From NCBI GenBank assembly GCA_900019385.1, contig FIZJ01000003.1, forward strand, positions 42,744-106,743: a DNA stretch of 64,000 nucleotides. Direction: 5' to 3'. Every line of letters starts with the position of its first letter. Position 1 is the stretch's first letter. This DNA comes from an uncultured Clostridia bacterium (lineage in GTDB: Bacteria > Bacillota > Limnochordia > Darwinibacteriales > DTU012). Shown here piece after piece: positions 37,360-47,493 of this stretch. The notes under the pieces were generated by a model. It was given only the letters and a program-made list of their open reading frames with translations, had not been told where the DNA came from and did no database searches. The translations under genes and the position numbers were made by a program.

Positions 37360-38472
37360 CTATCTACTCTGGAAATTCCTGCTAACCCGTTGGGCTTTCG
37401 CTCCAATCATATTGTCTCTAACGGTGTGGTCCACACCTTTGGGAATGGTGAGCTTTAATGCTGCTGGATCTTTGCGGACAGAAACCCAGCCCAAGCCGTG
37501 GATGTACAGGTCTTGGTTTGGATTGAGAGTCACTTCTTCCTGAGTCAACTCCGGCAGTTGACAACCACCGCATTTCTGCGCCAGCCAGTTGGGGATCTTG
37601 TCGGCGTTCGCCCGCCGCCAAGACACCTCCGACGCGGTAAAGCCGATCAGCACCGTTTCTCGGCTGGATAAAGGCTGAACAGCAGCAAACCCAGGAACAA
37701 CCAAAGCACTGCGGCTGCTTATTGTGTGCACGCTCACATTGAGCCTCCGAGCGGGAATAAGCTTCACTGCGCAGTCCGGGCAGACTAGGTCCGTAAGCCG
37801 GCCTTTCGGCACTAACCCTGGTGAATCGGCAAGGACAATGCCGCAATCTAATTCCCACCGGGTCAATGCAACAGTTGTGCCGGGAAACATGGATGTGGTG
37901 GGTGAATGATTTTGAGCTCTCGCCTGTTTTTTCAGCATACTGGTGATCAAACTGGACTTGCCTGAGTTGGTGACACCAATCACCAACCAGTTCCGCCCGG
38001 ACGAACGATTCATAACTGCTAACAGCTCAGAAATCCCGTAACCGGTGGCGCAGCTTACAGGGACGATGTCAGGATCAAGCCCCAGAGCGTGGAGACGGCG
38101 CCTGGCCCACAATCCGGCTTCGCCGGCCGTGGTCCGGGGCGGCAGCAGATCCACCTTGTTAAGTACGGCGACAACCTGATGTTTGCGGACCAAACGGTGG
38201 ATGTTCCTGGGAACGCTGGCTTCAAAGTCCATCAAATCCAGAATCACAACGACACCTTGCGCCCAGCTCAATCCCTCGAGGATGATCTGCTCGGCGTCAA
38301 ATCCACCGGAGTATTCCTGGTCTTTGCCGTAATGCTTGATTCGGTAGCAGCGCTGGCAGATCAGATCCCCTTTCCTCGACTCAAGCGCCTGCCGGGGAAT
38401 GTAGCCCAACGCATTTGGGTCATGCGACTGCAAAAAGGCACCGCATCCTTGACATTGTATCGAAGCTTTCAT
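37360..38472 (-). CDS. yqeH: circularly permuted ribosome-biogenesis GTPase YqeH
   Basis: CxGC..CQRC Zn finger, NKVD, GVTNSGKSS, FPGTT and DSPG. Confidence 0.88.
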   Translation of the reverse strand: MKASIQCQGCGAFLQSHDPNALGYIPRQALESRKGDLICQRCYRIKHYGKDQEYSGGFDAEQIILEGLSWAQGVVVILDLMDFEASVPRNIHRLVRKHQVVAVLNKVDLLPPRTTAGEAGLWARRRLHALGLDPDIVPVSCATGYGISELLAVMNRSSGRNWLVIGVTNSGKSSLITSMLKKQARAQNHSPTTSMFPGTTVALTRWELDCGIVLADSPGLVPKGRLTDLVCPDCAVKLIPARRLNVSVHTISSRSALVVPGFAAVQPLSSRETVLIGFTASEVSWRRANADKIPNWLAQKCGGCQLPELTQEEVTLNPNQDLYIHGLGWVSVRKDPAALKLTIPKGVDHTVRDNMIGAKAQRVSRNFQSR

Positions 38473-39008
38473 CGTTCTCCTCCACTGCGCTGGTCAAGCA
38501 CTTCATCCGCCAGCCAACCCTTTTTCACAAATCTCCTCAGCATTCTCTGCTCCAATTTGCGCACCAGCCGGGTAGTGCTGAGCTCCTTTTTCCCCAGAGG
38601 TGTGATCAGGATGGTATAAATACCGAGCCGGTTGGCACCAAGGACATCTGTGAACAGCTGATCACCGATCATGGCCACCTGCGGCGCGTCTTTACTCAAA
38701 AGCCGCAGCGCCTGCAGAAACGGGCTTCGTTTCGGCTTGTAAGCACGGATTACCGCAGGTATGTCCATCAACTGCGCAAAGCGAAGCACCCGTTTAGGCC
38801 TGCCGTTGGACACCAGACAGATCTTGAAGCCTTCGGCCTTGGCCTGGGCTACCCAGGCCTTGAATTCCTGATCGAGCTCTTCACTGTCGTAGCGTACCAG
38901 TGTATTGTCGAGATCCAGCATCAATCCTGATATCCCTAGCTTGCGCAATTCCGCCAAATTGATGTCGGTCACACGATTACACACTTTGTTTGGCAGTAAC
39001 AGCTTCAT
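38469..39008 (-). CDS. yqeG: YqeG family HAD IIIA phosphatase
   Basis: DLDNTL, VSN, KP and IGDQLFTDVLG. Confidence 0.92.
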   Translation of the reverse strand: MKLLLPNKVCNRVTDINLAELRKLGISGLMLDLDNTLVRYDSEELDQEFKAWVAQAKAEGFKICLVSNGRPKRVLRFAQLMDIPAVIRAYKPKRSPFLQALRLLSKDAPQVAMIGDQLFTDVLGANRLGIYTILITPLGKKELSTTRLVRKLEQRMLRRFVKKGWLADEVLDQRSGGER

Positions 39009-39085
39009 GACGACTCCTTGACTGCGTTTTTCCTTATTATACCACACATGGTGGCCATTACAAAAAGAAAAAGGGGCATCGCCCC

Positions 39086-39790
39086 TCACAACTGCACACC
39101 CATTTTTTCCTGAAGTTTCGAGAGCGCCCGTTTTTCAATCCGGGACACATATGAACGGGATATTCCCATCTTTTGGCTGATCTCCCGCTGTGTTTTCCGT
39201 TCTGACTGGCCTAAGCCGTAGCGGAGCATTAAAACCTGTTTCTCCCGTTTGCTTAAATATTTGAGCTGGTCCTGGAGTTCCGCTTGATCGGCCTGCAGTT
39301 CAACCTGGTCAAAAACGTAATCCGAATCGGTTCCGAAGATATCGATCAAGCTCAACTCGTTGCCCTCTCGATCGGAGCCGATGGGATCGTACAGCATCAC
39401 TTCCCGCTTCAACTTCTTGGTGGTCCTAAGATGCATCAGCACCTCATTCTCAATGCAGCGGGCAGCGTATGTCGCAAGCCTGGTCTGCTTATCCGCATCA
39501 TAGGTGTTGATGGCCTTGATCAGCCCGATGGTGCCGATGGATATCAGATCTTCCAGGTCTTCGCCTTTCTTGTCAAACTTCTTGACAATATGGGCGACCA
39601 ACCTGAGATTCCGCTCCACCAAGGCATTCCGTGCTTCGATGGAGCCGGCTTTCATTCTATTCAGCAATTCCTTTTCCTCTTCCGGAGTCAGAGGTTTCGG
39701 AAAGACATTGCTGTTGGTGATATAGGAAACGAGCAGGCCGATTCCTTCCGCTATCCACTTGACAGCGGCAAATACCAGCGCAGGAAGCAT
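39086..39790 (-). CDS. sigK: pro-sigma-K, uninterrupted
   Basis: Hydrophobic pro-peptide, FPKPL, NLRLVAHIVKK, EDLISIGTIGLIKAI, YAARCIENE and ISRSYVSRIEK. Confidence 0.95.
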   Translation of the reverse strand: MLPALVFAAVKWIAEGIGLLVSYITNSNVFPKPLTPEEEKELLNRMKAGSIEARNALVERNLRLVAHIVKKFDKKGEDLEDLISIGTIGLIKAINTYDADKQTRLATYAARCIENEVLMHLRTTKKLKREVMLYDPIGSDREGNELSLIDIFGTDSDYVFDQVELQADQAELQDQLKYLSKREKQVLMLRYGLGQSERKTQREISQKMGISRSYVSRIEKRALSKLQEKMGVQL

Positions 39791-39839
39791 TTTCTCACCC
39801 CCCCAAGGCCGGTGCCGGGTTGTAAAACCTCCACTTTAC

Positions 39840-39866
39840 ACCATATGACCTTGAGCAGGGTTTTGT
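39840..39866 (-). promoter_or_regulatory. sigma-K/sigma-E-type promoter of sigK
   Basis: ACA-N16-CATATGGT. Confidence 0.55.
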
Positions 39867-39882
39867 GTCTGTCTACTGCAAT

Positions 39883-40104
39883 TTAGGACAGATTGCTCAA
39901 CTTTTCGTTGGTCTTCTTCTGGTAATGCACGGCGCCGATACTGTCGGCAAGCTCTTGAGCCTTCTGGTAGCAGAACCTCGCGGCCGCACCGTTCTCTTTG
40001 GCTATAAAATAATCACCCAGCTTCATAAAAACACGGATCTTTTTCTTTGGCATTTGAGGAACACGCCACAAAAAGCGTAAATACCACGGGCCACTACTAT
40101 CCAT
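39883..40104 (-). CDS. small hypothetical helical protein (single TPR-like hairpin)
   Basis: MDSSGPWY...LGDYF...AARFCYQKAQEL; has its own promoter and a GGAG RBS; start uncertain. Confidence 0.55.
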   Translation of the reverse strand: MDSSGPWYLRFLWRVPQMPKKKIRVFMKLGDYFIAKENGAAARFCYQKAQELADSIGAVHYQKKTNEKLSNLS

Positions 40105-40148
40105 GCAGGCTATCACTCTCCATTTGTCTTCAGTGATTGATACAATCC

Positions 40149-40177
40149 AATATAGCATAAAACAAACTTTTGTTCAA
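40149..40177 (-). promoter_or_regulatory. sigma-A promoter overlapped by a putative LexA (SOS) box
   Basis: TTGAAC-N17-TATATT with an extended TG; GAAC-AAAA-GTTT at 40164-40175 overlaps the -35. Confidence 0.5.
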
Positions 40178-40246
40178 ACACTAGAGAAAGCTGTTCACCT
40201 GCCGGCAAACAGCTTTTCACTCTAAATCGGGCAAACTGTAACGATT

Positions 40247-41113
40247 CTATTCGCCACCCATTCCAGATGTACCCATTGTCTCAACGATCTTACTCTGGTT
40301 GATCACGAAGACAATGACTGGGACTGCCATCATAATCAAGGCAATTGCCGCTGATACGCCTGCCCGGGCAATTCCTCCTGTCGCCACCTGGCTTAGTGCA
40401 TACGGCAGAGTCTTCAGTTCTTCGCGATAGATAAACAGCGCACCAGTTTCCCCCCACAGCCTCTGGAAAGCCAAAATGATCATTGTCAGCCATGCAGGCT
40501 TTACAATCGGCATTGCAATCTGGGCGTAAATCCTCAGTTCACTGGCGCCGTCGATTCGTGCCGCTTCCAAGAGGGAATCATGGATCATGGCGCCCATGAA
40601 GTTGCGCATCAGGTACAACCCCAGTGTCCACGACCAATTAGGTATGACAACCGCCCAGTAGGTGTTGATCAGATTCAACCGGGACATAAGCATGTAGGTG
40701 GGGATTGACGTAACTGTCGGTGTGAACATCAATGACAAGACGATGATCTGCTCAATGGCTTTCCTGCCTGGGAATACGTGTTTCGCCAGAGCGTAGGCAG
40801 CCAACGACCCTGTGACGACGTTCCCCGCCATACCGAAACCAACGATAAACAGCGAGTTGAACAAATATCTGGTGATGGGCACCCAGGATTTACCCATCAG
40901 CACCAGCAGGTCATTGAAATTGTCCAAGGTTGGGTTCCTGACAAAAAACTGCGGTGGAAACAGCCACAACTCATTGAGGGGCTTAAAAGCCTGGCTGACC
41001 GTATAGACCATGGGCAGAGCCATAAATGCCGCGCCTAATGATAGGAAGAAGAATATCACCAAGTCTCCGCCGGTTGAACGGGATAACCGTTTCTTTCTGA
41101 TCCTGATTGCCAC
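40247..41113 (-). CDS. carbohydrate ABC transporter permease (MalG-like)
   Basis: Six TM helices; SLLEAARIDGA EAA loop. Confidence 0.92.
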   Translation of the reverse strand: MAIRIRKKRLSRSTGGDLVIFFFLSLGAAFMALPMVYTVSQAFKPLNELWLFPPQFFVRNPTLDNFNDLLVLMGKSWVPITRYLFNSLFIVGFGMAGNVVTGSLAAYALAKHVFPGRKAIEQIIVLSLMFTPTVTSIPTYMLMSRLNLINTYWAVVIPNWSWTLGLYLMRNFMGAMIHDSLLEAARIDGASELRIYAQIAMPIVKPAWLTMIILAFQRLWGETGALFIYREELKTLPYALSQVATGGIARAGVSAAIALIMMAVPVIVFVINQSKIVETMGTSGMGGE

Positions 41114-41124
41114 TGTGATCCCTC

Positions 41125-42069
41125 CTAGTTACCGATCCTATGCAGCATTCGCTGCACCAATCTCTGACTGCCTACCATCACAAAGAACAACACAACTGAA
41201 ATGGCGGAGGCATATCCCATCTCGTAGCGTACAGTACCGTAGTCGTTCAAATGCTGCATGACCGTCCACGTGGCATAGTCCGTCGGATTGGGCCCCGTCA
41301 AGGCTTGTATGTTGCCGGCCGCATTAAATGAACCAGTAATGGCCATGATTGCACCGAACATCAAATACGGGCGCATCGCCGGCAGGGTCAGATACCACAG
41401 CTCCTGCCACCGGTTTTTGATCCCGTCGATGGCACCGGCTTCGTACAATGTAGAGCTGATTCCCTGCAAGCCCGCTATGAAGGCCAAGAATGATGTGCCA
41501 AGGCTCATCCACAGCGTTACGATAATGACGATGGTCATCATGTACTTTGGTTCGATCAGCCATCCGATTGGCTTGTCGACGATATTCAGGTTCAGCAGGT
41601 GGGCGTTGATGTATCCATAGGTGTCTTGACTGAAAATAAACTGCCAAATCGTATATGCGCTTCCGGAAATCGACGGGGCGTAAAAGAGCAAGGTGAGAAA
41701 GGCGCGCACTTTTGGCTGCAGTTCATTGATGAACCAGGCAAAGATAAAACACATCATGTAGCTGACAGGCCCTGTTATAGCCGCGAACAGCAGTGTGTTC
41801 TTCACAGCAATCAGGAAAACCTCGTCGGCCAGGAACAAACGGATATAGTTGGCCCAGCCAATCCATTTCGGAAACTCAAGCATGTTGAAGTAGGTGAAGC
41901 TCAGGACGATCGACAAAATCACCGGCACAACCGTAAAAACGGTGAACAAGAACAAAAACGGTCCGACAAATGCATATGAACGCCAGCTCTTTTTCATCCG
42001 AGCCCAGAGGCTTTCCCGATACTCAATCCCTGGACTGACCATTCGTCTACGAGAAACAACAGAACTCAC
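41125..42069 (-). CDS. carbohydrate ABC transporter permease (MalF-like)
   Basis: LYEAGAIDG EAA loop and MGYASA. Confidence 0.92.
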   Translation of the reverse strand: MSSVVSRRRMVSPGIEYRESLWARMKKSWRSYAFVGPFLFLFTVFTVVPVILSIVLSFTYFNMLEFPKWIGWANYIRLFLADEVFLIAVKNTLLFAAITGPVSYMMCFIFAWFINELQPKVRAFLTLLFYAPSISGSAYTIWQFIFSQDTYGYINAHLLNLNIVDKPIGWLIEPKYMMTIVIIVTLWMSLGTSFLAFIAGLQGISSTLYEAGAIDGIKNRWQELWYLTLPAMRPYLMFGAIMAITGSFNAAGNIQALTGPNPTDYATWTVMQHLNDYGTVRYEMGYASAISVVLFFVMVGSQRLVQRMLHRIGN

Positions 42070-42100
42070 AAGAGCCCCTCCAATCCTGGAATAATTCTAC

Positions 42101-42138
42101 GGTAATTCCACCGCAGGTAACCCTGCGGTGGAATTACC
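42101..42138. repeat. perfect 17-bp inverted repeat (intercistronic stem-loop)
   Basis: GGTAATTCCACCGCAGG-taac-CCTGCGGTGGAATTACC with no U-tract, between the binding-protein and permease genes. Confidence 0.8.
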
Positions 42139-42152
42139 CATGCAGTGTCCTA

Positions 42153-45100
42153 TCACTGATCGACTTCCAATCTATACAAGTGTGTATAGTGACTCCAGTA
42201 CAGATCCTTCAACCCCTGATCGAGTTTGCTGTAATCTGTCTCCAGGTTAAACTCCTCACGCTTGCGGGCGATTTCTTCGTTAATCTTGCGGTTGTACTCC
42301 AATATCGATTCCCGCAGAGGTTCATTCCTGAAAACAATCGCCCGGAACAACCAATCGAATTGACGGTTGACATAGTACCCGCCCAGTACCGCCGGGACAC
42401 CTTCGACCCACGCCCACTGCTCCAGGAGCAGATCCCGGTCGTGTACATTCCAAGGCAGCTGTGTCAAGGCTTCGACATTGGCGGTGGCGTAGCGGGCTGC
42501 CGCCCCCATCAAGCTCTCCATTTCGCGCCCAAAGCGTGCCTGAGTCTCGGTTGAGGTCCACCACTTCAGGAACTCCCAAGCCCAATCCTTTTTCTTGGAT
42601 ATCTCGAGAATAACCGCTCCCGAAGTACCGGCAGGCACTGCCGTGGCACCGGGGGCCACCGCAGTACCGGCGACAGGCACAGTGCGGTTGATGGTGCCAT
42701 CTTCCATCACTGTCCCCGGCACCAGGGTCATGCCCCATTCACCCCTAAGCTCCGGCGCAAACACCGCCAAGGTGTTGTAAAGGCCGTAGTTGGCGATCAA
42801 CAAGGGCATTTCACCCATACGGAACCTGTTGGCCTCATTATACTCATACAGCAGGTTGTGCAGAGTATACAGCTGCGTCAACTCTCTGAATGTCTCCACT
42901 GCAACCTCGGCATCGAGGTTGGTCATGATCACGTCTTCCTTGAACAAGGGGACTCCCTTTTGATAGAGGAACATCTGGTAAGTGCCTATGTTGGCTCTCA
43001 GGCCGAATTCCATATTCTCTTTCTTCAATTCGGGAATGATGGCTACGACATCATCCCATGTCTGGGGCACCTCAAGGCCCAACTCAGCCAAAATGTCTTT
43101 CCGGTAGAACAGCATCGGGAAGCCCTGTGCTTCAGGCAGAGCGTAAACCGCGTCTCTGAACCGGAACGGTACAAATGCACTCTTCATAAACCGCTGTGCT
43201 ACTTCTTCAAAGTCCGGGAATTGAGACAAATCAGCGAAAGCGCCGCGGAACGCCAGGTCCATGTTGGATGCTCCCAGAGCCACATCGGGAGCAGTCCCCG
43301 CAATGATCGAAGGGATCAAAAGCGCATCCATGCTCTGGATCAATTCCAGGTCCACCGGAATGCCGGTCATTGGTGTGAAGCTGTCCTCGATCATTTGCTT
43401 GAGAGCCTGCGCCTGGTCGCGCCCAGCACCGATCCATACCCTCAAAACCTCGTCGGTGTCGGTGATCAATCCCCGATCACCTACACGGGTGTAATCATAG
43501 GTGAACGAAGCCAAGAAAGCTCTGATTTCATGCACCCAGGTCTGAAGCGCTGTCGGCTTCGGCCTCGGCAGTGCCTGCTCCGGTGATGCCACAATGATGT
43601 AGTCTATCTGAACCGGCTGTTCCATGGTCTGGTTAAGCCAAGTTCCCAAGGCGCCCACATTGTCGCGGTACTCGCCCAGCAAGCTTGGAATCGCATGAGG
43701 CCTGTCGGCCATGTCTTCCAACACTCTGGCGAATGTGGTGAGCGTGGCGACGTGCCCACCCCTCTGCCCTGTAAAGGACTCAAACTCCTCGGCGACACTC
43801 CGCAGTATTTCCGCCTGCTCCCTCAAGGCAGGAAGCAAGCCTGGGATTTTCACATCGAGCTGATAGCTCCGGAGTGGATCCGGCTGGCCGGAGGTGATCA
43901 TGATGATCCGGCGGTAGATCGTGTTCAAGTCATAGATCAGGTCTTCGATCTTGCGGATCAGCGGAGCCATATCGCCCAAGACAGCTTTGAGAGTGAGCTC
44001 ATGTTTGCCCGCCTCCAGGTAGACCAGGGCAGGCTTGCCCTCCTCGTCGACAGGATAGACCATGTTGTAGTGGTTGTCAAAAGTGAATCTCAGGGCCTGT
44101 GCTTCCCTGAACGGTGTTTTGCCGTCGATCAGCAGCTGGCGCGATGTGTAAATCCCGCGGCGCTGATCCTGCTTACCCTTGATGGCTATCTGGTACAGCC
44201 CGCTCTCTGGCACTTCGAACTCCCAGGAAGCCCAATCCCCTACAGTCTTCCACCCAGTGCCGCCAATACTGTTGAGGCGGATCTGAGCCGGATGGTATGG
44301 TTCAAGGGTGGGATCTCCCAGGTCGTGTACGGGCATGATGGTCGGGCTTGAACGATATGCCGCTGCTTCGCCCTGAATCTTTTCGAACACTCCCGACGCC
44401 TGCTTGTACCCGGCCTCCTCGTAGGCTGCTCTCACCTCGGCGTACAGCGGCGGCACCTCATACTGGAACAATCTCAGCGAATTGATGATCACAGCTTCGG
44501 AGACTGCCTCTAGTCTAATGGTATTAGTTCCTTCTTCGAAATAAAACAAAAACGGCAGAACCTCATAGCCCGAGGGATCGCTTAAAACCTCTGTGCGCCA
44601 ACGAGGTTTCTCCACCTGCCGGGGCCTGAGCTGATTCCCATATATGTCCACTTCGATCGGGCCTGCGTCGCCCCATGTCCGGTGGAGGATCAGGTATCCT
44701 GCTTCGGCGAAAGGCCTGGAGCCGTTTATTTCCAGAGCCCTTTGAATCGGTGCGCTGCGCCCGGTCACGGGGTAATAAGTAACTTCAATATTATAAAAAC
44801 CTGCTTGTTCAACCTCCACTTCCCATTCAACAAATCCCCGCTCGCCTGTCTGGACCGATATGCCGGGCATCCCTTCGTAATCATAGAGCAGTTTTATTTC
44901 AGCATCCAGATTGGAAAGAGACACTGCCGGGATCACAATTTCCCGTTCCGGCCTGACTATTGTCTCATACTTCGCCAGGTATTCGGGATAGGTGATGGCG
45001 CGTCGATAAACCGTGAGCTGTTCCACAGCTGAGCCGGTAATGCTGTTGCTGTCCGGTGTCTCCGGTTCTGCTGACGCCTCTGCTGCTGCCTGTGGAGCAT

Positions 45101-45233
45101 TGTCGGCCTGCGCCTCGACCAGCTGCGGCAGAGTCGTGGCCAACGCCAGGGCCAAGGCGAGAAGCAGAGTGGTAAGAATAGCAGCTTTTCTGTTTCCAAT
45201 TTCCCACATTTTCGAGATAGTCTCCTTTCTCAT
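42153..45233 (-). CDS. large extracellular solute-binding protein (N-terminal beta-rich modules plus C-terminal family-1 SBP)
   Basis: Signal peptide; two similar W-E-x-E-V..G-x-Y-x-I modules; C-terminal GRDQAQ, LFYRKDIL and AWEFLKWW; alternative start at 45209. Confidence 0.85.
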   Translation of the reverse strand: MRKETISKMWEIGNRKAAILTTLLLALALALATTLPQLVEAQADNAPQAAAEASAEPETPDSNSITGSAVEQLTVYRRAITYPEYLAKYETIVRPEREIVIPAVSLSNLDAEIKLLYDYEGMPGISVQTGERGFVEWEVEVEQAGFYNIEVTYYPVTGRSAPIQRALEINGSRPFAEAGYLILHRTWGDAGPIEVDIYGNQLRPRQVEKPRWRTEVLSDPSGYEVLPFLFYFEEGTNTIRLEAVSEAVIINSLRLFQYEVPPLYAEVRAAYEEAGYKQASGVFEKIQGEAAAYRSSPTIMPVHDLGDPTLEPYHPAQIRLNSIGGTGWKTVGDWASWEFEVPESGLYQIAIKGKQDQRRGIYTSRQLLIDGKTPFREAQALRFTFDNHYNMVYPVDEEGKPALVYLEAGKHELTLKAVLGDMAPLIRKIEDLIYDLNTIYRRIIMITSGQPDPLRSYQLDVKIPGLLPALREQAEILRSVAEEFESFTGQRGGHVATLTTFARVLEDMADRPHAIPSLLGEYRDNVGALGTWLNQTMEQPVQIDYIIVASPEQALPRPKPTALQTWVHEIRAFLASFTYDYTRVGDRGLITDTDEVLRVWIGAGRDQAQALKQMIEDSFTPMTGIPVDLELIQSMDALLIPSIIAGTAPDVALGASNMDLAFRGAFADLSQFPDFEEVAQRFMKSAFVPFRFRDAVYALPEAQGFPMLFYRKDILAELGLEVPQTWDDVVAIIPELKKENMEFGLRANIGTYQMFLYQKGVPLFKEDVIMTNLDAEVAVETFRELTQLYTLHNLLYEYNEANRFRMGEMPLLIANYGLYNTLAVFAPELRGEWGMTLVPGTVMEDGTINRTVPVAGTAVAPGATAVPAGTSGAVILEISKKKDWAWEFLKWWTSTETQARFGREMESLMGAAARYATANVEALTQLPWNVHDRDLLLEQWAWVEGVPAVLGGYYVNRQFDWLFRAIVFRNEPLRESILEYNRKINEEIARKREEFNLETDYSKLDQGLKDLYWSHYTHLYRLEVDQ

Positions 45234-45472
45234 CTCTCATCCCAGAAAAACTTATTCAAGCCCGATAAACCCCAAGGATTGATTGAACGTGGATTATTGA
45301 ACCTCCTTTGCCCACGTTTCCGTACCATTATCACGATTAATATCCCTGCAATATATAATTAACCATTGATCCCGATTTCCCTTCCCGTAGACACAACTTT
45401 TTTACCGCATCAACAAGGCGCAATTAGACACAAGACAGCAAAAAACCAAGCTTACCGCAGTAAAGCCTGGTT

Positions 45473-46297
45473 CTACTCGCTTACAATGCCCATCAGCATG
45501 CTCTTCAGCTCGTCGGCTGCTTCCCGGGCTGCCTGGTAGCCCAGATCAACATACTCGTCCACCGGACGGAAGTTGATCGGGCTCATCATCCCAAGCTTGG
45601 GCTGAACGGCCACATCCACTTGCTCGAGCTGCACCAGCTCATGCTGGCGCTGAAGAATATGGGCGGCATGGATCACCGAACGCACCACTGTCCGCGGCTT
45701 CCAAGCCGCAAGGTTTGCGTGAAGGTCTACACCGATCACATACTCTGCCCCCAGCGAACGGCAGACACCGGCCGGCAGGTTCTGCACCAGCCCACCGTCA
45801 ACCAAAAGCCGCCCTTGATACTCAACTGGATAATAGATCCCCGGAAGAGTGCAGCTTATCCGCACAGCATGAGCCACATCGCCTTCATTGAGCACAACCA
45901 GTTCACCGGTACGGAAATCACACGCGGTAGCGGCGAACGGTATCTTAAGCTCATCAAAACTCCGGCGCCCGATAAAGCGGCTGATCCAGTTTTCGATTCC
46001 TTCCGAGCTCAACAGCCCGCTCTTGAACGCGGCAGGCTTGGCGAGGAACAACCAGTCAGACTGCTTCGCCGCTTGGTGCATCTGATCGCTTGAGACACCG
46101 CAGGCCCACACCGCTCCTACCGCAGCGCCAGCCGAAGATCCCACCACCAGATGAATCGGCATCCCGATTTCCTCAATAAAGCGCAGGACGCCAATATGCG
46201 CCAGCCCATAGGCGCTGCCTCCGGCCAGCGCCAGGCCGATCCGCGGCTGGTGTTCCATTTGTTCTAGTTTCGCCATCAAAGATTCCAATTCCACCAT
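45473..46297 (-). CDS. patatin-like phospholipase
   Basis: LAGGSAYGLAHIGVL, GSSAG nucleophile and DGG. Confidence 0.92.
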   Translation of the reverse strand: MVELESLMAKLEQMEHQPRIGLALAGGSAYGLAHIGVLRFIEEIGMPIHLVVGSSAGAAVGAVWACGVSSDQMHQAAKQSDWLFLAKPAAFKSGLLSSEGIENWISRFIGRRSFDELKIPFAATACDFRTGELVVLNEGDVAHAVRISCTLPGIYYPVEYQGRLLVDGGLVQNLPAGVCRSLGAEYVIGVDLHANLAAWKPRTVVRSVIHAAHILQRQHELVQLEQVDVAVQPKLGMMSPINFRPVDEYVDLGYQAAREAADELKSMLMGIVSE

Positions 46298-46428
46298 GCT
46301 CACTCCCTGACTCCCGTCCTTTAAGTATATCAAATCAGAAATTATAGTACAATCAAATTGGCATATTGTGCTATAATAAACAAAGACTGATTTTGCCGCA
46401 GTTGAAGATGGCAAAGGAGTGAATCGCA

Positions 46429-47493
46429 ATGGATGTCAAAGAAATACTGGCCAACCTGTCGGAAGGCACCGGAGTTTCCGGCTACGAACACGGCATAGCA
46501 GATTATCTGGAGCAAAACTGCCCGTGGGCTGACGAGATCCGCCGGGACAAACTGGGCAATCTGATCATGGTGAAGCGGGCCAGGCCTGCCGCGGAGCAGC
46601 CCAGCAGGCCTAAGGTAATGCTGGCCGCCCATATGGACGAAATTGGGCTTATTGTCACCAAAATCGAAGATGAAGGTTTTCTGCGCTTCAGCGCTGTCGG
46701 CGGCATCGACCAGAGGGTGCTGCTGGCCCAGGAAGTCATAGTCCACGGCAAAGCTGAACTTCCAGGTGTGATCGGGGCCAAGCCGCCCCATGTACAGGCT
46801 CCTGCGGAACGAAACGAGGCTGTGCCCATGGAAGATCTGTACATTGACGTCGGATATGACTCCAAGGAACAGCTGGCTGATCTGGTCAACGTCGGGGACC
46901 TGGCGACGATCAACCGCAAAGTGGTGAGGCTGGCCGGATCGCTCATGGCCGGCAAAGCAATGGATGACCGCGCCGGCGTCGCGGTGATGCTGGAATGCCT
47001 CAAGGCACTGGCCAACATGAACCATATCGCCGATGTCTACGCTGTTGCCACCGTCCAGGAGGAAGTAGGCGTAAGGGGTGCCACCACCAGCACATTCGGC
47101 ATCGTTCCCGACATCGGCATCGCTCTCGATGTTGGCCACGGCGACATGCCCAGCGTACCGGAGCACCTGACGATCAGTCTGGGCAACGGGCCCGGAATCG
47201 CCCTTGGGCCGCATGTCCATCCCAACCTGCACAAGCGTTTGGTCCAGATCGCCAAAGATTGGAACATCAGCTACACTCTGGAACCGGCCACACGCCCCGG
47301 CGGGACTGACGCTTTCGCAATTCAGATCACTCAAGCGGGTATTCCTACTGCCTTGTTGTCCATACCTTTAAGATACATGCACACACCTGTTGAGACACTG
47401 AACTACGAAGATGTACGCAAAACTGCCCGTTTGCTGGCTCAATTCATTTCAGAACTCGATCAGGAATTCGTGGAGGGATTAAAGTGCTTTTAA
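46429..47493 (+). CDS. M42 family aminopeptidase 1
   Basis: AHMDE, DDRAG, QEEVG and RYMH. Confidence 0.93.
   Translation: MDVKEILANLSEGTGVSGYEHGIADYLEQNCPWADEIRRDKLGNLIMVKRARPAAEQPSRPKVMLAAHMDEIGLIVTKIEDEGFLRFSAVGGIDQRVLLAQEVIVHGKAELPGVIGAKPPHVQAPAERNEAVPMEDLYIDVGYDSKEQLADLVNVGDLATINRKVVRLAGSLMAGKAMDDRAGVAVMLECLKALANMNHIADVYAVATVQEEVGVRGATTSTFGIVPDIGIALDVGHGDMPSVPEHLTISLGNGPGIALGPHVHPNLHKRLVQIAKDWNISYTLEPATRPGGTDAFAIQITQAGIPTALLSIPLRYMHTPVETLNYEDVRKTARLLAQFISELDQEFVEGLKCF

Noticed and set aside
42101..42138. Perfect palindrome as a MITE, REP or CRISPR repeat
   Set aside because: Single copy in the window with no target-site duplication or spacers; its position fits an intercistronic stabiliser
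45234..45472. AT-rich intergenic region as a riboswitch or sRNA
   Set aside because: Only a terminator-like hairpin for the patatin gene and promoter-like AT tracts; no recognisable aptamer
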